The notes under the pieces are model-generated. The model was not told the DNA's origin, did not search any database, and saw only the letters and a program-made list of their open reading frames with translations. The translations under genes were made by a program, and so were the position numbers. A stretch of 64,000 nucleotides of DNA from Butyrivibrio sp. GTDB taxonomy: Bacteria > Bacillota > Clostridia > Lachnospirales > Lachnospiraceae. Where the stretch lies: positions 79,681 through 143,680 of the forward strand of contig JAEDHB010000001.1 in NCBI GenBank assembly GCA_016297265.1. Direction: 5' to 3'. Shown one piece after another: positions 49,031-58,923 of the stretch (positions are counted from its first letter, which is position 1; every line of letters begins with the position of its first letter).

Positions 49031-49286
49031 ATCTCCCTACCTCAATGACATGATTTTCACAATGTATTTTTCTATACATTTTAAGAACATTGTATCACAA
49101 CAACAATAATAAATAAAGAATATTTTTTAACACAAGTCGGAGTCTCTGTTTATTGCACAAAACATATCAAATCTTACACAATTATTAATATGTTAGTAAT
49201 GTTAATTTTTATTTCATAATTTTTTTATTGAAAATATCTGTGTTTTGGTGGAAAATAGTATGGAATAAAGATTATGGAGGAATGAT

Positions 49287-51944
49287 ATGCTTCAGTTAAA
49301 AGATATAACAAAGAACTATTCTGTTGCTTCTTCCGATATTTTGGCATTGAAAGGTATCAACATTGAATTCAGAAAAAGCGAATTCGTATCAATTCTCGGT
49401 CCTTCCGGTTGCGGTAAGACCACAATGCTTAATATCATCGGTGGATTGGACAGATATACAGAAGGCGATTTGATAATCAACAATCGTTCAACCAAGGAGT
49501 ATAAGGATAAGGACTGGGATTCATACCGCAATCACAGAATCGGTTTTGTATTCCAGAATTATAATCTAATCCCTCATCAGACTGTACTGGCCAATGTAGA
49601 GCTGGCGCTCACTATTTCCGGCGTATCAAAAGCAGAACGCAGGAAACGTGCAAAAGAAGCTCTTGAGCTTGTTGGTCTCGGAAGCCAGATTAACAAAAAA
49701 CCAAACCAGATGTCGGGCGGTCAGATGCAGCGAGTTGCCATTGCACGAGCAATCGTCAACAATCCGGACATTATTCTTGCGGACGAACCGACCGGTGCGC
49801 TCGATTCCGAGACTAGCGTTCAGGTAATGAACATCCTTAAGGATATTGCCAAGAACAAATTAGTCATCATGGTAACACATAACGGGGATTTGGCAACAGA
49901 ATACTCAACAAGAATTGTGAGACTCTTAGATGGTAAAATCATTGATGACAGCAATCCGTACTCCTCTTCCGAAGAAAACATTCAGACTGCCGACAGCGAT
50001 GACTCTGTATCAAAGAAGAAGAAAAAAGAAAAGGTTTCAATGTCCTACACTACTGCACTTTCTCTCAGTCTGAAGAATCTGCTTACCAAAAAAGGCCGAA
50101 CCTTCTTAACTGCATTTGCAGGAAGCATCGGTATTATTGGTATCGCATTGATATTGTCAATGTCTAACGGTTTCCAGAAATATATTGACAAGGTTCAGCA
50201 GGATACAATTTCAACCTATCCTATAAGCATAACTGAAGAAGTTATGAATTATACAAGTATGATGCAGTCAATGCTCGGCACGGATGATAAGGATAATTCC
50301 GAAAACGCCGATTCCGACAAGATATATACCAAACCTGTCTTAAATGAAACTCTTAAGACCTTAATGAAGGAAATCAAGGTAAATGACCTTGCTAAATTCA
50401 AAAAATATATCGAAGACAACCGAAGTAATTTAGAGCCGTATATCAACGATATACAGTATACATACGGTATTGATTTGAATATTTATGCAGCTGACACAAG
50501 CAAAGAAATCAACAAAGTCAATCCAAGTACAATGATGATGGATATGTATGGATACTCAAGCGGTGACAATCCACAGAGCAGTCTTATGACACAGTTCACA
50601 ACAGTCAACCTGTGGACACAGATGATGGACAACCGTGAGCTTCTCGATTCACAATATGATGTGATCGCCGGAAAATGGCCTGAGAAATATAACGAAGTCG
50701 TCATCGTTGTCAACAAAGACAATTCCATCACAGATTTTACAGAATATGCCCTTGGTATCAGAAATGCAAAAGAACTTAAGAACATTATCAATCTTCTCGG
50801 CAGCGGCAAGGAAATCAATTCCGTGTCAAAGGAATACAGCTATAACGACCTTATGAACCTTAAGTTCAAATTAGTATTATCACCGTCATATTTCAGATAT
50901 AACGAAAATAACAAGCGTTGGGAAGACAAATCCAAGGACGAAAACTATGTCAAGGACCTTATTAATAACGGTATAGACATCAATGTTGTCGGAATCATCA
51001 GACCTAGTGAAGATGCCGTTGCGACCTCAATTCAGGGTTCCATCGCATATACAAAAGAACTTGTTGAAGAAGTTCTTGAGCGTTGCAAGCAGACGGATAT
51101 TGTCAAAGAGCAGCTTAACAATAAGGATGTGGATGTATTCACTTCTCTTCCGTTCATCAAGGATAACGAAGAGCTTGAAAACATTACCGTAGATGATGTA
51201 AAAAAATACATTGCCACACTTCCTGCTGAGCAGCAGCAAATGATTAATGCTTACATCGGTATGATGAATGACGAACAGTTGATTGATGTGTTTAAAAGCC
51301 AGATTCAGACTGTATCGGCAGCAAATTATGACGACAATATGAAAAAACTTGGTTTTGCCGACATAAGTAAGCCCGCAACAATCAATATTTATGCAAAAGA
51401 CTTTGAATCCAAGGATGAAATTACTGCCTTTATCGACAAATACAATGATATGGTAACTGCAGCAGGCAATGAAAAGGATACAATAGAATTTACGGATTAT
51501 GTTGGTCTTATGATGTCCTCAGTAAGTTCAATCATCAATGCAATTTCCTATGTATTGATTGCTTTCGTATCAATAGCATTGATAGTTTCATCAATTATGA
51601 TTGGTATCATTACCTATATATCAGTTCTTGAAAGAACGAAAGAAATCGGTATTTTGCGTAGTATCGGTGCTTCAAAGAGGGATGTATCCCGCGTATTCAA
51701 TGCCGAGACACTGATTGTCGGACTTGTATCCGGTTCCCTTGGTATAGGAATTACTATACTTCTTGATATTCCGATAAATTTCATTATCAAGAAAATTTCC
51801 GGCATCTCAAATGTTGCCAGGCTGCCATGGCAGGGAGCCTTAATCCTTATTGGAATCAGTATGTTCCTGACACTTGTTGCAGGATTAATTCCATCAAAAA
51901 TCGCTTCCAAAAAGGACCCTGTTATCGCTTTACGTTCAGAATAG
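49287..51944 (+). CDS. MacB-like ABC transporter, fused ATPase and FtsX-type permease
   Basis: GPSGCGKTT, MSGGQ, ADEPT; TM with large extracellular loop; SVLERTKEIGILRSIGA. Confidence 0.92.
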   Translation: MLQLKDITKNYSVASSDILALKGINIEFRKSEFVSILGPSGCGKTTMLNIIGGLDRYTEGDLIINNRSTKEYKDKDWDSYRNHRIGFVFQNYNLIPHQTVLANVELALTISGVSKAERRKRAKEALELVGLGSQINKKPNQMSGGQMQRVAIARAIVNNPDIILADEPTGALDSETSVQVMNILKDIAKNKLVIMVTHNGDLATEYSTRIVRLLDGKIIDDSNPYSSSEENIQTADSDDSVSKKKKKEKVSMSYTTALSLSLKNLLTKKGRTFLTAFAGSIGIIGIALILSMSNGFQKYIDKVQQDTISTYPISITEEVMNYTSMMQSMLGTDDKDNSENADSDKIYTKPVLNETLKTLMKEIKVNDLAKFKKYIEDNRSNLEPYINDIQYTYGIDLNIYAADTSKEINKVNPSTMMMDMYGYSSGDNPQSSLMTQFTTVNLWTQMMDNRELLDSQYDVIAGKWPEKYNEVVIVVNKDNSITDFTEYALGIRNAKELKNIINLLGSGKEINSVSKEYSYNDLMNLKFKLVLSPSYFRYNENNKRWEDKSKDENYVKDLINNGIDINVVGIIRPSEDAVATSIQGSIAYTKELVEEVLERCKQTDIVKEQLNNKDVDVFTSLPFIKDNEELENITVDDVKKYIATLPAEQQQMINAYIGMMNDEQLIDVFKSQIQTVSAANYDDNMKKLGFADISKPATINIYAKDFESKDEITAFIDKYNDMVTAAGNEKDTIEFTDYVGLMMSSVSSIINAISYVLIAFVSIALIVSSIMIGIITYISVLERTKEIGILRSIGASKRDVSRVFNAETLIVGLVSGSLGIGITILLDIPINFIIKKISGISNVARLPWQGALILIGISMFLTLVAGLIPSKIASKKDPVIALRSE

Positions 51945-51957
51945 TAAAACAATATGT

Positions 51958-51995
51958 AAGCGCTGTGAACATTGATTCACAGCGCTTCTGTTTTT
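51958..51995 (+). terminator. Intrinsic terminator after the ABC transporter
   Basis: AAGCGCTGTGAA...TTCACAGCGCTT followed by a T tract. Confidence 0.75.
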
Positions 51996-52009
51996 GCATT
52001 CATAGGTAT

Positions 52010-52044
52010 AAAAAATGCCACAGAATATACTCCTGTGGCATTTT
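52010..52044. terminator. Bidirectional terminator ending the butyrate operon
   Basis: AAAATGCCACAG...CTGTGGCATTTT. Confidence 0.75.
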
Positions 52045-52074
52045 ATTATTCCGTCCTTTCGGTTATGGAATGAA

Positions 52075-53130
52075 TTATTTTACTTCTTTTTTAAGCTGTT
52101 CTGTAAGTGCAGGAACAATCTTGTTAAGGTCTCCAACGATACCGTAATCAGCTACATCAAAGATTGGAGCATCAGCATCCTTATTGATTGCAATGATTAT
52201 ATCTGATTCTTCCATACCTGCAACGTGCTGAATAGCACCTGAAATACCGATTGCAAAATATACGGTTGGACGAACTGTCTTACCGGTCTGACCTACCTGA
52301 AGGTCTCTTGGCAACCAGCCTGAATCAACAACTGCACGTGAGCAGGATACCTGTCCGCCAAGTACTTCTGCAAGTTCTTCAAGCATCTTGAAGTTCTCAG
52401 CAGAACCAACACCACGTCCGCCTGAAACGAGGATTTTTGCATCCATGATATCTTTGATATTGGATACTTCTTTAACTACCTCAAGGACATCTGTGTATTT
52501 ATTGTTGCGTGTAAAGCCCGGATTATAATTGATAACCTCAGCTTTAGCTCCAGGATTCTTCTCAAGCTTCTGCATAACGCCGGGACGAACTGTTGCCATC
52601 TGTGGTCTGTTGTCCGGACAAGCAATTGTAGCGATTGTATTACCGCCAAATGCAGGACGTGTCATAAGAAGCTGATTTGGTTTCTGCTCTTTACCCGGCA
52701 TTGGAGTAACAGGGAAATCACCAATCTCTAATAATGTACAGTCAGCTGTAAGTCCTGTTGCAACTCTTGCTGAAACTGTAGGACCAAGGTCACGGCCGAT
52801 TGCTGTAGCACCAACTAACATGATTTCCGGTTTGTATTCATTGATTACTGAAGCAAGTGCATGAGCATATGGTTCAGTTCTGTACACCTCTAACTCTTTG
52901 TCATCCACTACGATAACTCTGTCAGCTCCGTATGCAGCAAGTTCGTCAACAAGTCCTGCAACTCCTGAACCGATCAATACAGCTGTTACCTGAGTGTCTA
53001 ACTTCTGTGCAAGTCTCTTACCTTCGCCAACGAGCTCGAAAGAGATATTGCTTAATACATTATCTACCTGCTGTGCAAAGACGAATACGCCTTTGTACTG
53101 TGCTAATTCTTCTGCGTTCATAGCGCCCAT
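52075..53130 (-). CDS. etfA: Electron transfer flavoprotein alpha subunit
   Basis: TGLTADCT, RPAFGG, SGGRG, QVGQTGK, GISGAIQH; start could be the GTG at 53142. Confidence 0.95.
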   Translation of the reverse strand: MGAMNAEELAQYKGVFVFAQQVDNVLSNISFELVGEGKRLAQKLDTQVTAVLIGSGVAGLVDELAAYGADRVIVVDDKELEVYRTEPYAHALASVINEYKPEIMLVGATAIGRDLGPTVSARVATGLTADCTLLEIGDFPVTPMPGKEQKPNQLLMTRPAFGGNTIATIACPDNRPQMATVRPGVMQKLEKNPGAKAEVINYNPGFTRNNKYTDVLEVVKEVSNIKDIMDAKILVSGGRGVGSAENFKMLEELAEVLGGQVSCSRAVVDSGWLPRDLQVGQTGKTVRPTVYFAIGISGAIQHVAGMEESDIIIAINKDADAPIFDVADYGIVGDLNKIVPALTEQLKKEVK

Positions 53131-53151
53131 TTTTTTCACCACTTTCCTTTA

Positions 53152-53931
53152 CTAGATTATGTGTTTATCTTTCAATTTACCTACAATGTATGCTACCGGA
53201 TCTGCATCCTCAGGTGCCATTTCGCCTGCACCTTTCTTAACCTTGTCAGATGCTCTGGCAATTTTTGTAGGAGAACCATTCAAACCGATGTTTGAATCAT
53301 CTACATCGATAAGATCTGCTCTTCCAAGTGTTGTAATCTCTGCATTAACTGCATCAAAAATTCCACCCGGTGTCATATATCTTGGTTCATTTAATTCAGC
53401 AAGTGCTGTGATGAGACATGGCATCTGAGCTTTTACTCTGTGGTAGCCGTCATCATACATACGTTTAACTTCTACGCTGTCACCAACAACCTTGATTTCC
53501 TGTGCATATGAAATAACAGGAAGTCCAAGATGTTCAGCAATCTGTGGTCCAACCTGAGCTGTATCACCATCGATTGCCTGACGACCTGTAATAACAAGGT
53601 CATAATCAAGTTTTCTCAATGCGCCTGCAATTGTTGTAGATGTAGCCCATGTATCAGCACCACCAAGAACTCTGTCTGTTACAAGGATTCCCTTGTCAGC
53701 GCCCATAGCGATTGCTTCCTGAAGAACATCTGCAGCCTTTGGAAGACCCATTGTAAGAACTGTTACTTCAGCACCGATTTCGTCTTTAATGCGAAGTGCT
53801 GCTTCAAGTCCGGCTTTGTCATCCGGATTCATAATTGTGAGCATTGCTGCTCTATTTAATGTACCGTCCGGGTTGAACTGTACGCCACCCTTTGTATCAG
53901 GTACCTGTTTAATACATACAACGATTTTCAC
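53152..53931 (-). CDS. etfB: Electron transfer flavoprotein beta subunit
   Basis: CIKQVPD, GADTWAT, GRQAIDGDTAQVGP. Confidence 0.95.
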   Translation of the reverse strand: MKIVVCIKQVPDTKGGVQFNPDGTLNRAAMLTIMNPDDKAGLEAALRIKDEIGAEVTVLTMGLPKAADVLQEAIAMGADKGILVTDRVLGGADTWATSTTIAGALRKLDYDLVITGRQAIDGDTAQVGPQIAEHLGLPVISYAQEIKVVGDSVEVKRMYDDGYHRVKAQMPCLITALAELNEPRYMTPGGIFDAVNAEITTLGRADLIDVDDSNIGLNGSPTKIARASDKVKKGAGEMAPEDADPVAYIVGKLKDKHII

Positions 53932-53945
53932 TGTTTAGTACCTCC

Positions 53946-55118
53946 TTAATTCAAGATGTTTGCAGAGATAACCATACGCTGTACTTCTGAAGTACCCTCG
54001 TAAATTTCTGTTATCTTAGCATCTCTCATCATACGTTCAACATCATATTCTTTGATGTATCCGTATCCACCATGTAACTGTACGCACTTTGTTGTTACTT
54101 CCATAGCAACTTCTGCAGCATATAATTTTGCCATAGCAGCTTCTACAGAGTAAGATACTTTAGCGCCTGCCTGGTACTGATCTTTCTTTCTTGCAGCTTT
54201 GTATACAAGAAGTTTAGCAGCTTCTACCTTAGTAGCAAGGTCAGCTAATACGAACTGTGTATTCTGGAACTGAGCAATTGCTCTTCCGAACTGCTTTCTT
54301 TCTTTTACGTAGTTGATTGTTGTCTCCAAAGCGCCCTCAGCAATACCAAGTGCCTGAGCAGCAATACCGATACGTCCGCCGTCAAGAGTATGCATTGCGA
54401 TACCAAAACCTTTGCCCTTCTGTCCCAAAAGAGCATCAGCAGGGATACGGCAATCTGTGAAAATCAACTCATATGTTGAAGATGCGCAGATACCCATCTT
54501 GTTTTCTTTTGTACCGAATGTAAAGCCCGGTGTGTCTTTTTCTACGATAAATGCAGAAATCTCTTTCATCTTTTTACCGCGTTTCTCAACAATACCTGTT
54601 ACAGCAATGATGATATATACATCAGCTTCTTTACCATTGGTAATGAAACATTTTGATCCGTTAAGTACCCATTCATTTGTTGCTTCGTCAAAAACAGCTT
54701 TTGTCTGCTGTCCCTGAGCATCTGTACCTGCACCCGGCTCTGTAAGTCCGAAAGCACCAAGTTTCTTACCTGAAGCTAAATCAGGAACATATTTTGCTTT
54801 CTGCTCAGGTGTACCATAGGTAACGATTGGGTCAACACAAAGAGATGTATGAGCGGAAACAATAACTCCTGTTGTGCCGCAAACCTTTGAAAGCTCTTCT
54901 ACGCACATAACATATGTAAGTACATCACATCCCTGTCCACCTAATTCCTTTGGAACCGGAATTCCAAGGAAACCATACTTAGCCAACTTGTCAACTGTCT
55001 CACGTGGAAATCTGTGTTCTTCATCAATTTCCTGTGCAAGAGGCTTTACTTCATTCTGCGCAAAATCTTTGAATAATGTCTGCGCCATTTCATACTTCTT
55101 GTCTAAAGTGAAATCCAT
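53946..55118 (-). CDS. bcd: Butyryl-CoA dehydrogenase
   Basis: FGLTEPGAGTD, NGSKCFITN, GRIGIAAQ, IYEGTSE; operon context. Confidence 0.93.
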   Translation of the reverse strand: MDFTLDKKYEMAQTLFKDFAQNEVKPLAQEIDEEHRFPRETVDKLAKYGFLGIPVPKELGGQGCDVLTYVMCVEELSKVCGTTGVIVSAHTSLCVDPIVTYGTPEQKAKYVPDLASGKKLGAFGLTEPGAGTDAQGQQTKAVFDEATNEWVLNGSKCFITNGKEADVYIIIAVTGIVEKRGKKMKEISAFIVEKDTPGFTFGTKENKMGICASSTYELIFTDCRIPADALLGQKGKGFGIAMHTLDGGRIGIAAQALGIAEGALETTINYVKERKQFGRAIAQFQNTQFVLADLATKVEAAKLLVYKAARKKDQYQAGAKVSYSVEAAMAKLYAAEVAMEVTTKCVQLHGGYGYIKEYDVERMMRDAKITEIYEGTSEVQRMVISANILN

Positions 55119-55164
55119 TTTTATTATTCCTCCATGTTAATTTTATACATGCAGTCAATGCATT

Positions 55165-56037
55165 TTAGAGTGCATCAACTGGAGTTTTGGTGCGATCAGC
55201 ATTGTATACATAGAAACCTTTGCCGCTCTTGCATCCAAGGTTACCGCCACGAACCATCTTACGAAGAAGCGGACATGCACGATACTTGTTGTCCCCTGTC
55301 TCGTTGTAAAGAACGTCCATAATTGCAAGACAGATATCGAGACCGATGAAATCACCTAACTCAAGTGGTCCCATTGGATGATTTGCTCCAAGCTTCATAG
55401 CTGAATCGATACCTGCAATATCAGAAACACCTTCCATTTTGATGAAAGCAGCTTCGTTGATCATTGGAATCAAAATACGGTTAACTACGAAACCTGCTGC
55501 TTCATTAACCTGTACAGGAGTTTTTCCGATTTCTTCAGAAATCTTAACGATTTTCTCAACTGTTTCAGCCGGTGTATTAACACCTGCAATAACTTCTACA
55601 AGCTTCATACGGTCTGCAGGATTGAAGAAATGCATACCGATCATTGGTCTGCTGAGTCCGTTTCCAATCTCTGTGATTGAAAGACTTGATGTGTTTGAAG
55701 CAAAAATACATTCTGGCTTGGCAATCTTGTCCAACTCAGCAAATGTTGTCTTTTTAACTTCCATATTTTCAAATGCAGCTTCAACGATTAAATCGCAATC
55801 TGCACAAAGATCTTCTTTGAGACCCGGAGTAATGCTTGCAAGGATTGAATCAACAGTTTCCTGTGTCATTTTTCCTTTCTCAACTAATTTTGCATATCCT
55901 TTTGCAATTTTGTCTTTTCCGCCTTCTGCCCACTCCTGCTTAATATCACAGAGTGCAACTGTGTAACCGTCAACCATAGCGAATGCCTTTGCAATTCCCT
56001 GTCCCATGGTTCCTGCGCCAATAACGCCAACTTTCAT
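55165..56037 (-). CDS. hbd: 3-hydroxybutyryl-CoA dehydrogenase
   Basis: GAGTMG, SNTSSL, GMHFFNP, GFVVNR, HPMGP. Confidence 0.95.
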   Translation of the reverse strand: MKVGVIGAGTMGQGIAKAFAMVDGYTVALCDIKQEWAEGGKDKIAKGYAKLVEKGKMTQETVDSILASITPGLKEDLCADCDLIVEAAFENMEVKKTTFAELDKIAKPECIFASNTSSLSITEIGNGLSRPMIGMHFFNPADRMKLVEVIAGVNTPAETVEKIVKISEEIGKTPVQVNEAAGFVVNRILIPMINEAAFIKMEGVSDIAGIDSAMKLGANHPMGPLELGDFIGLDICLAIMDVLYNETGDNKYRACPLLRKMVRGGNLGCKSGKGFYVYNADRTKTPVDAL

Positions 56038-56060
56038 GTTCTAGACCTCCTAAAATTTGA

Positions 56061-56852
56061 TTATTTATTCTGAAAAGGAACAACTTTTAATTTCTTTTCC
56101 TTGTCTTTCTCAAGGAAGTTGCCCATACCAGCCTTTTGATCTTCTGTTTCAAAGCAGTCACCGAATAATTTTTCTTCGATTACGATTGCCTGATCCATAT
56201 CTACCTGAAGGCCATCATTGATTGCTTTCTTGCAGTTACGAACCGCAATAGGAGCATTTGCAGCAATGATGGATGCAAGCTTCTTCGCAGCAGGCATAAG
56301 CTCTTCAAGCGTATATACATTGTTAACAAGACCGATTCTGTAAGCCTCATCAGCTTTGATATTACGAGCACCGTAAATCATTTCTTTTGCCTTGCCAACG
56401 CCGATAATTCTTGCTAATCTCTGGGTTCCGCCAAATCCAGGTGTGATTCCGAGACCAACCTCAGGCTGTCCGAAAACTGCATTATCAGAACAGATTCTGA
56501 TGTCACAGCTCATAGAAATCTCGCAACCGCCGCCAAGTGCAAATCCGTTGATTGCAGCAATAACAGGAATTGGAAATGTCTCAATCATTCTGAATACATC
56601 ATTTCCTTTTTTACCGAAAGCTTCACCTTCTGCCTTAGTAAGAGTGCTCATTTCTCCGATGTCAGCACCGGCAACAAATGATTTTTCACCTGCACCTGTC
56701 AAAATAAGACATCTCACTGTGTCAAGGTCAACAGCTTTAAATGTTGCGTCAAGTTCTTCAAGAACCTGGCTGTTAAGAGCATTTAATGCCTTTGGACGAT
56801 TGATGGTAACGATACCAACAGCGCCTTCTACTTCGTATGTAATGAATTCCAT
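56061..56852 (-). CDS. crt: Crotonase (enoyl-CoA hydratase)
   Basis: RPKALNAL, FVAGADI, GGGCE, QPEVGLG.TPGFGGTQRL. Confidence 0.95.
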   Translation of the reverse strand: MEFITYEVEGAVGIVTINRPKALNALNSQVLEELDATFKAVDLDTVRCLILTGAGEKSFVAGADIGEMSTLTKAEGEAFGKKGNDVFRMIETFPIPVIAAINGFALGGGCEISMSCDIRICSDNAVFGQPEVGLGITPGFGGTQRLARIIGVGKAKEMIYGARNIKADEAYRIGLVNNVYTLEELMPAAKKLASIIAANAPIAVRNCKKAINDGLQVDMDQAIVIEEKLFGDCFETEDQKAGMGNFLEKDKEKKLKVVPFQNK

Positions 56853-56922
56853 AACGAATCTCCTTTTAAAATATTATGTTATACGGGCCACACAATTTTG
56901 TGCAGCCCAATAGATTATATTA

Positions 56923-58101
56923 TTAGTCGCGCTCAACGATTGTTGAACAGCCCATTCCGCCACCGATACAAAGAGTTGCAAGACCTTTTTTAGCATCTCT
57001 CTTCTGCATCTCGTGAAGAAGCGTAACAAGAATACGGCATCCTGAAGCTCCTACCGGATGTCCGAGTGCGATTGCACCACCGTTAACATTAAGCTTGTCA
57101 AGATTGAAATTAAGATCTCTGCCTACTGCGATTGACTGTGCAGCAAAAGCCTCGTTAGCTTCAATAAGATCCATATCATCAATTGTAAGTCCTGTTTTAG
57201 CAAGAACTTTCTTTGTTGAAGCAACAGGTCCGATACCCATGATTGAAGGATCAACTCCGCCAAGTGCACCTGCTACCCATGTAGCCATAGGCTTAACGCC
57301 AAGTTCTTTTGCTTTTTCTTCTGACATAACAACGATTGCAGCAGCACCGTCATTGATACCTGAAGCATTACCTGCTGTAACAAATCCGTCAGGATTGATT
57401 GCACGAAGTTTTGCAAGACCTTCCATTGTTGTTCCCGGACGAGGTCCCTCATCTGTATCAACAATTACGGTCTGTTTTTTCTGTTTTACTTCAACAGGAA
57501 CGATTTCATCTTTGAATTTTCCGTCAGCCTGAGCTTTTGCAGCTTTTGTCTGGCTGTTTACAGCAAACTCATCGAGTTCTTCTCTTGTGATTCCCCACTG
57601 CTCGCAGATATTGTCAGCAGTTTTAATCATATGATAGTTGTTAAATGCATCCCAGAGAGCATCGTTAACCATTGTATCAACAAGAACACCATTGTTCATT
57701 CTGTATCCGAAACGAGCGTTTGGAAGTGCATAAGGTGCTCTTGACATGCTTTCCATACCGCCTGCAACAACGATATCAGCATCTCCTGCTTCAATCATCT
57801 GTGCTGCCATATTGACACAGTTAAGTCCTGAACCACAAACAACATTGACTGTTACTGCAGTTGTCTCGATTGGAAGACCTGCTTTGATTGTTGCCTGACG
57901 TGCAACATTCTGTCCAAGACCTGCCTGGATAACGCATCCCATGTACACATGGTCAACTTTGTCAGCAGGAACTCCTGCTCTGTTAAGAGCTTCTTTGATA
58001 ACAATTGCTCCTAAATCAACAGCTGGAACTGAGCTTAATGCTCCACCCATTGTTCCGATTGCAGTACGACAAGCGCCTGCTAAAACGATTTTTTTAGCCA
58101 T
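56923..58101 (-). CDS. thl: Acetyl-CoA acetyltransferase (thiolase)
   Basis: [24 protein letters not shown]. Confidence 0.96.
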   Translation of the reverse strand: MAKKIVLAGACRTAIGTMGGALSSVPAVDLGAIVIKEALNRAGVPADKVDHVYMGCVIQAGLGQNVARQATIKAGLPIETTAVTVNVVCGSGLNCVNMAAQMIEAGDADIVVAGGMESMSRAPYALPNARFGYRMNNGVLVDTMVNDALWDAFNNYHMIKTADNICEQWGITREELDEFAVNSQTKAAKAQADGKFKDEIVPVEVKQKKQTVIVDTDEGPRPGTTMEGLAKLRAINPDGFVTAGNASGINDGAAAIVVMSEEKAKELGVKPMATWVAGALGGVDPSIMGIGPVASTKKVLAKTGLTIDDMDLIEANEAFAAQSIAVGRDLNFNLDKLNVNGGAIALGHPVGASGCRILVTLLHEMQKRDAKKGLATLCIGGGMGCSTIVERD

Positions 58102-58124
58102 ACTAAAAAATCCTCCTTAAAATG

Positions 58125-58601
58125 TTATTTAATGTATTTTTCTTTAAATTTGTCAGCTACGATTGGCGGTACAAATTTTTCAACACCGGCATTGTAATAC
58201 GCGATTTCCTTGGCAATTGTCGAACTAAGGAATGAATATTCCATCTTGGTTGCAAGGAACACAGTCTCGATATCCGAATCGATGGTTGCATTGACATGTG
58301 CAATCTGCATTTCGCTCTCATAATCGGATATAACACGCAAGCCCCTGATTATGACTTTGGCATCATTCTCTTTGGCAAAATCGATTGTCATGCCCTCAAA
58401 GGTCTTGACATTAACATTTGGAATGTCCTTAACGGTTTCCTTAAGCATAAGCAAGCGTTCATCCATGGAAAACATTGGCGATTTGATACTGTTATTCAAA
58501 ATACCGACAATAACCTCATCAAAAATCTTTGACGCTCTTTTGATAATGTCAAGATGTCCCAATGTGACCGGATCAAAGCTTCCCGGATATATTGCTTTCA
58601 T
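58125..58601 (-). CDS. coaD: Phosphopantetheine adenylyltransferase
   Basis: YPGSFDPVTLGHLDII, RGLR...DYE.E, SST; AGGAGG upstream. Confidence 0.95.
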   Translation of the reverse strand: MKAIYPGSFDPVTLGHLDIIKRASKIFDEVIVGILNNSIKSPMFSMDERLLMLKETVKDIPNVNVKTFEGMTIDFAKENDAKVIIRGLRVISDYESEMQIAHVNATIDSDIETVFLATKMEYSFLSSTIAKEIAYYNAGVEKFVPPIVADKFKEKYIK

Positions 58602-58675
58602 GTAAAAATTATCCTCCTGCACACAGGTTGTTCAAATATCGGGTAAATGCCGATAAAACAAGGAATAAAACAAGT

Positions 58676-58693
58676 ATGTTAATTTTTTAACAA
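58676..58693. promoter_or_regulatory. Rex operator
   Basis: TTGTTAAAAAATTAACAT on the minus strand; one mismatch to clostridial TTGTTAA-N4-TTAACAA. Confidence 0.8.
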
Positions 58694-58734
58694 TATTTTG
58701 AGATAAAATCCACATACTTTTCACTCAATAAAAT

Positions 58735-58763
58735 ATGATAGCATTGAGCACTCAAAATGTCAA
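58735..58763 (-). promoter_or_regulatory. Sigma-A promoter of the coaD-thl-crt-hbd-bcd-etfBA operon
   Basis: TTGACA-17 bp-TATCAT with extended -10 TG. Confidence 0.75.
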
Positions 58764-58861
58764 CAATTCCTGCCATAAATTTGCCTGGTTGATTTTAACT
58801 TTTTTCGGTGCAGTGCGATATACACAAAGCATAGCCCGCACTGATTAGTAGTTGACAAATG

Positions 58862-58891
58862 AAAACCTCTCCCACTTAATGCGGGAGAGGT
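58862..58891 (-). terminator. Intrinsic terminator after malQ-glgP
   Basis: ACCTCTCCC...GGGAGAGGT followed by a T tract. Confidence 0.8.
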
Positions 58892-58923
58892 CGAGAAAAG
58901 AATATACGGTATTCTGTTATTCC

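Noticed and set aside
52660..52730. GDFPVTPMPGKEQKPNQ loop in EtfA
   Set aside because: As I recall, similar loops occur in EtfA of other butyrate-producing Lachnospiraceae, so not treated as novel
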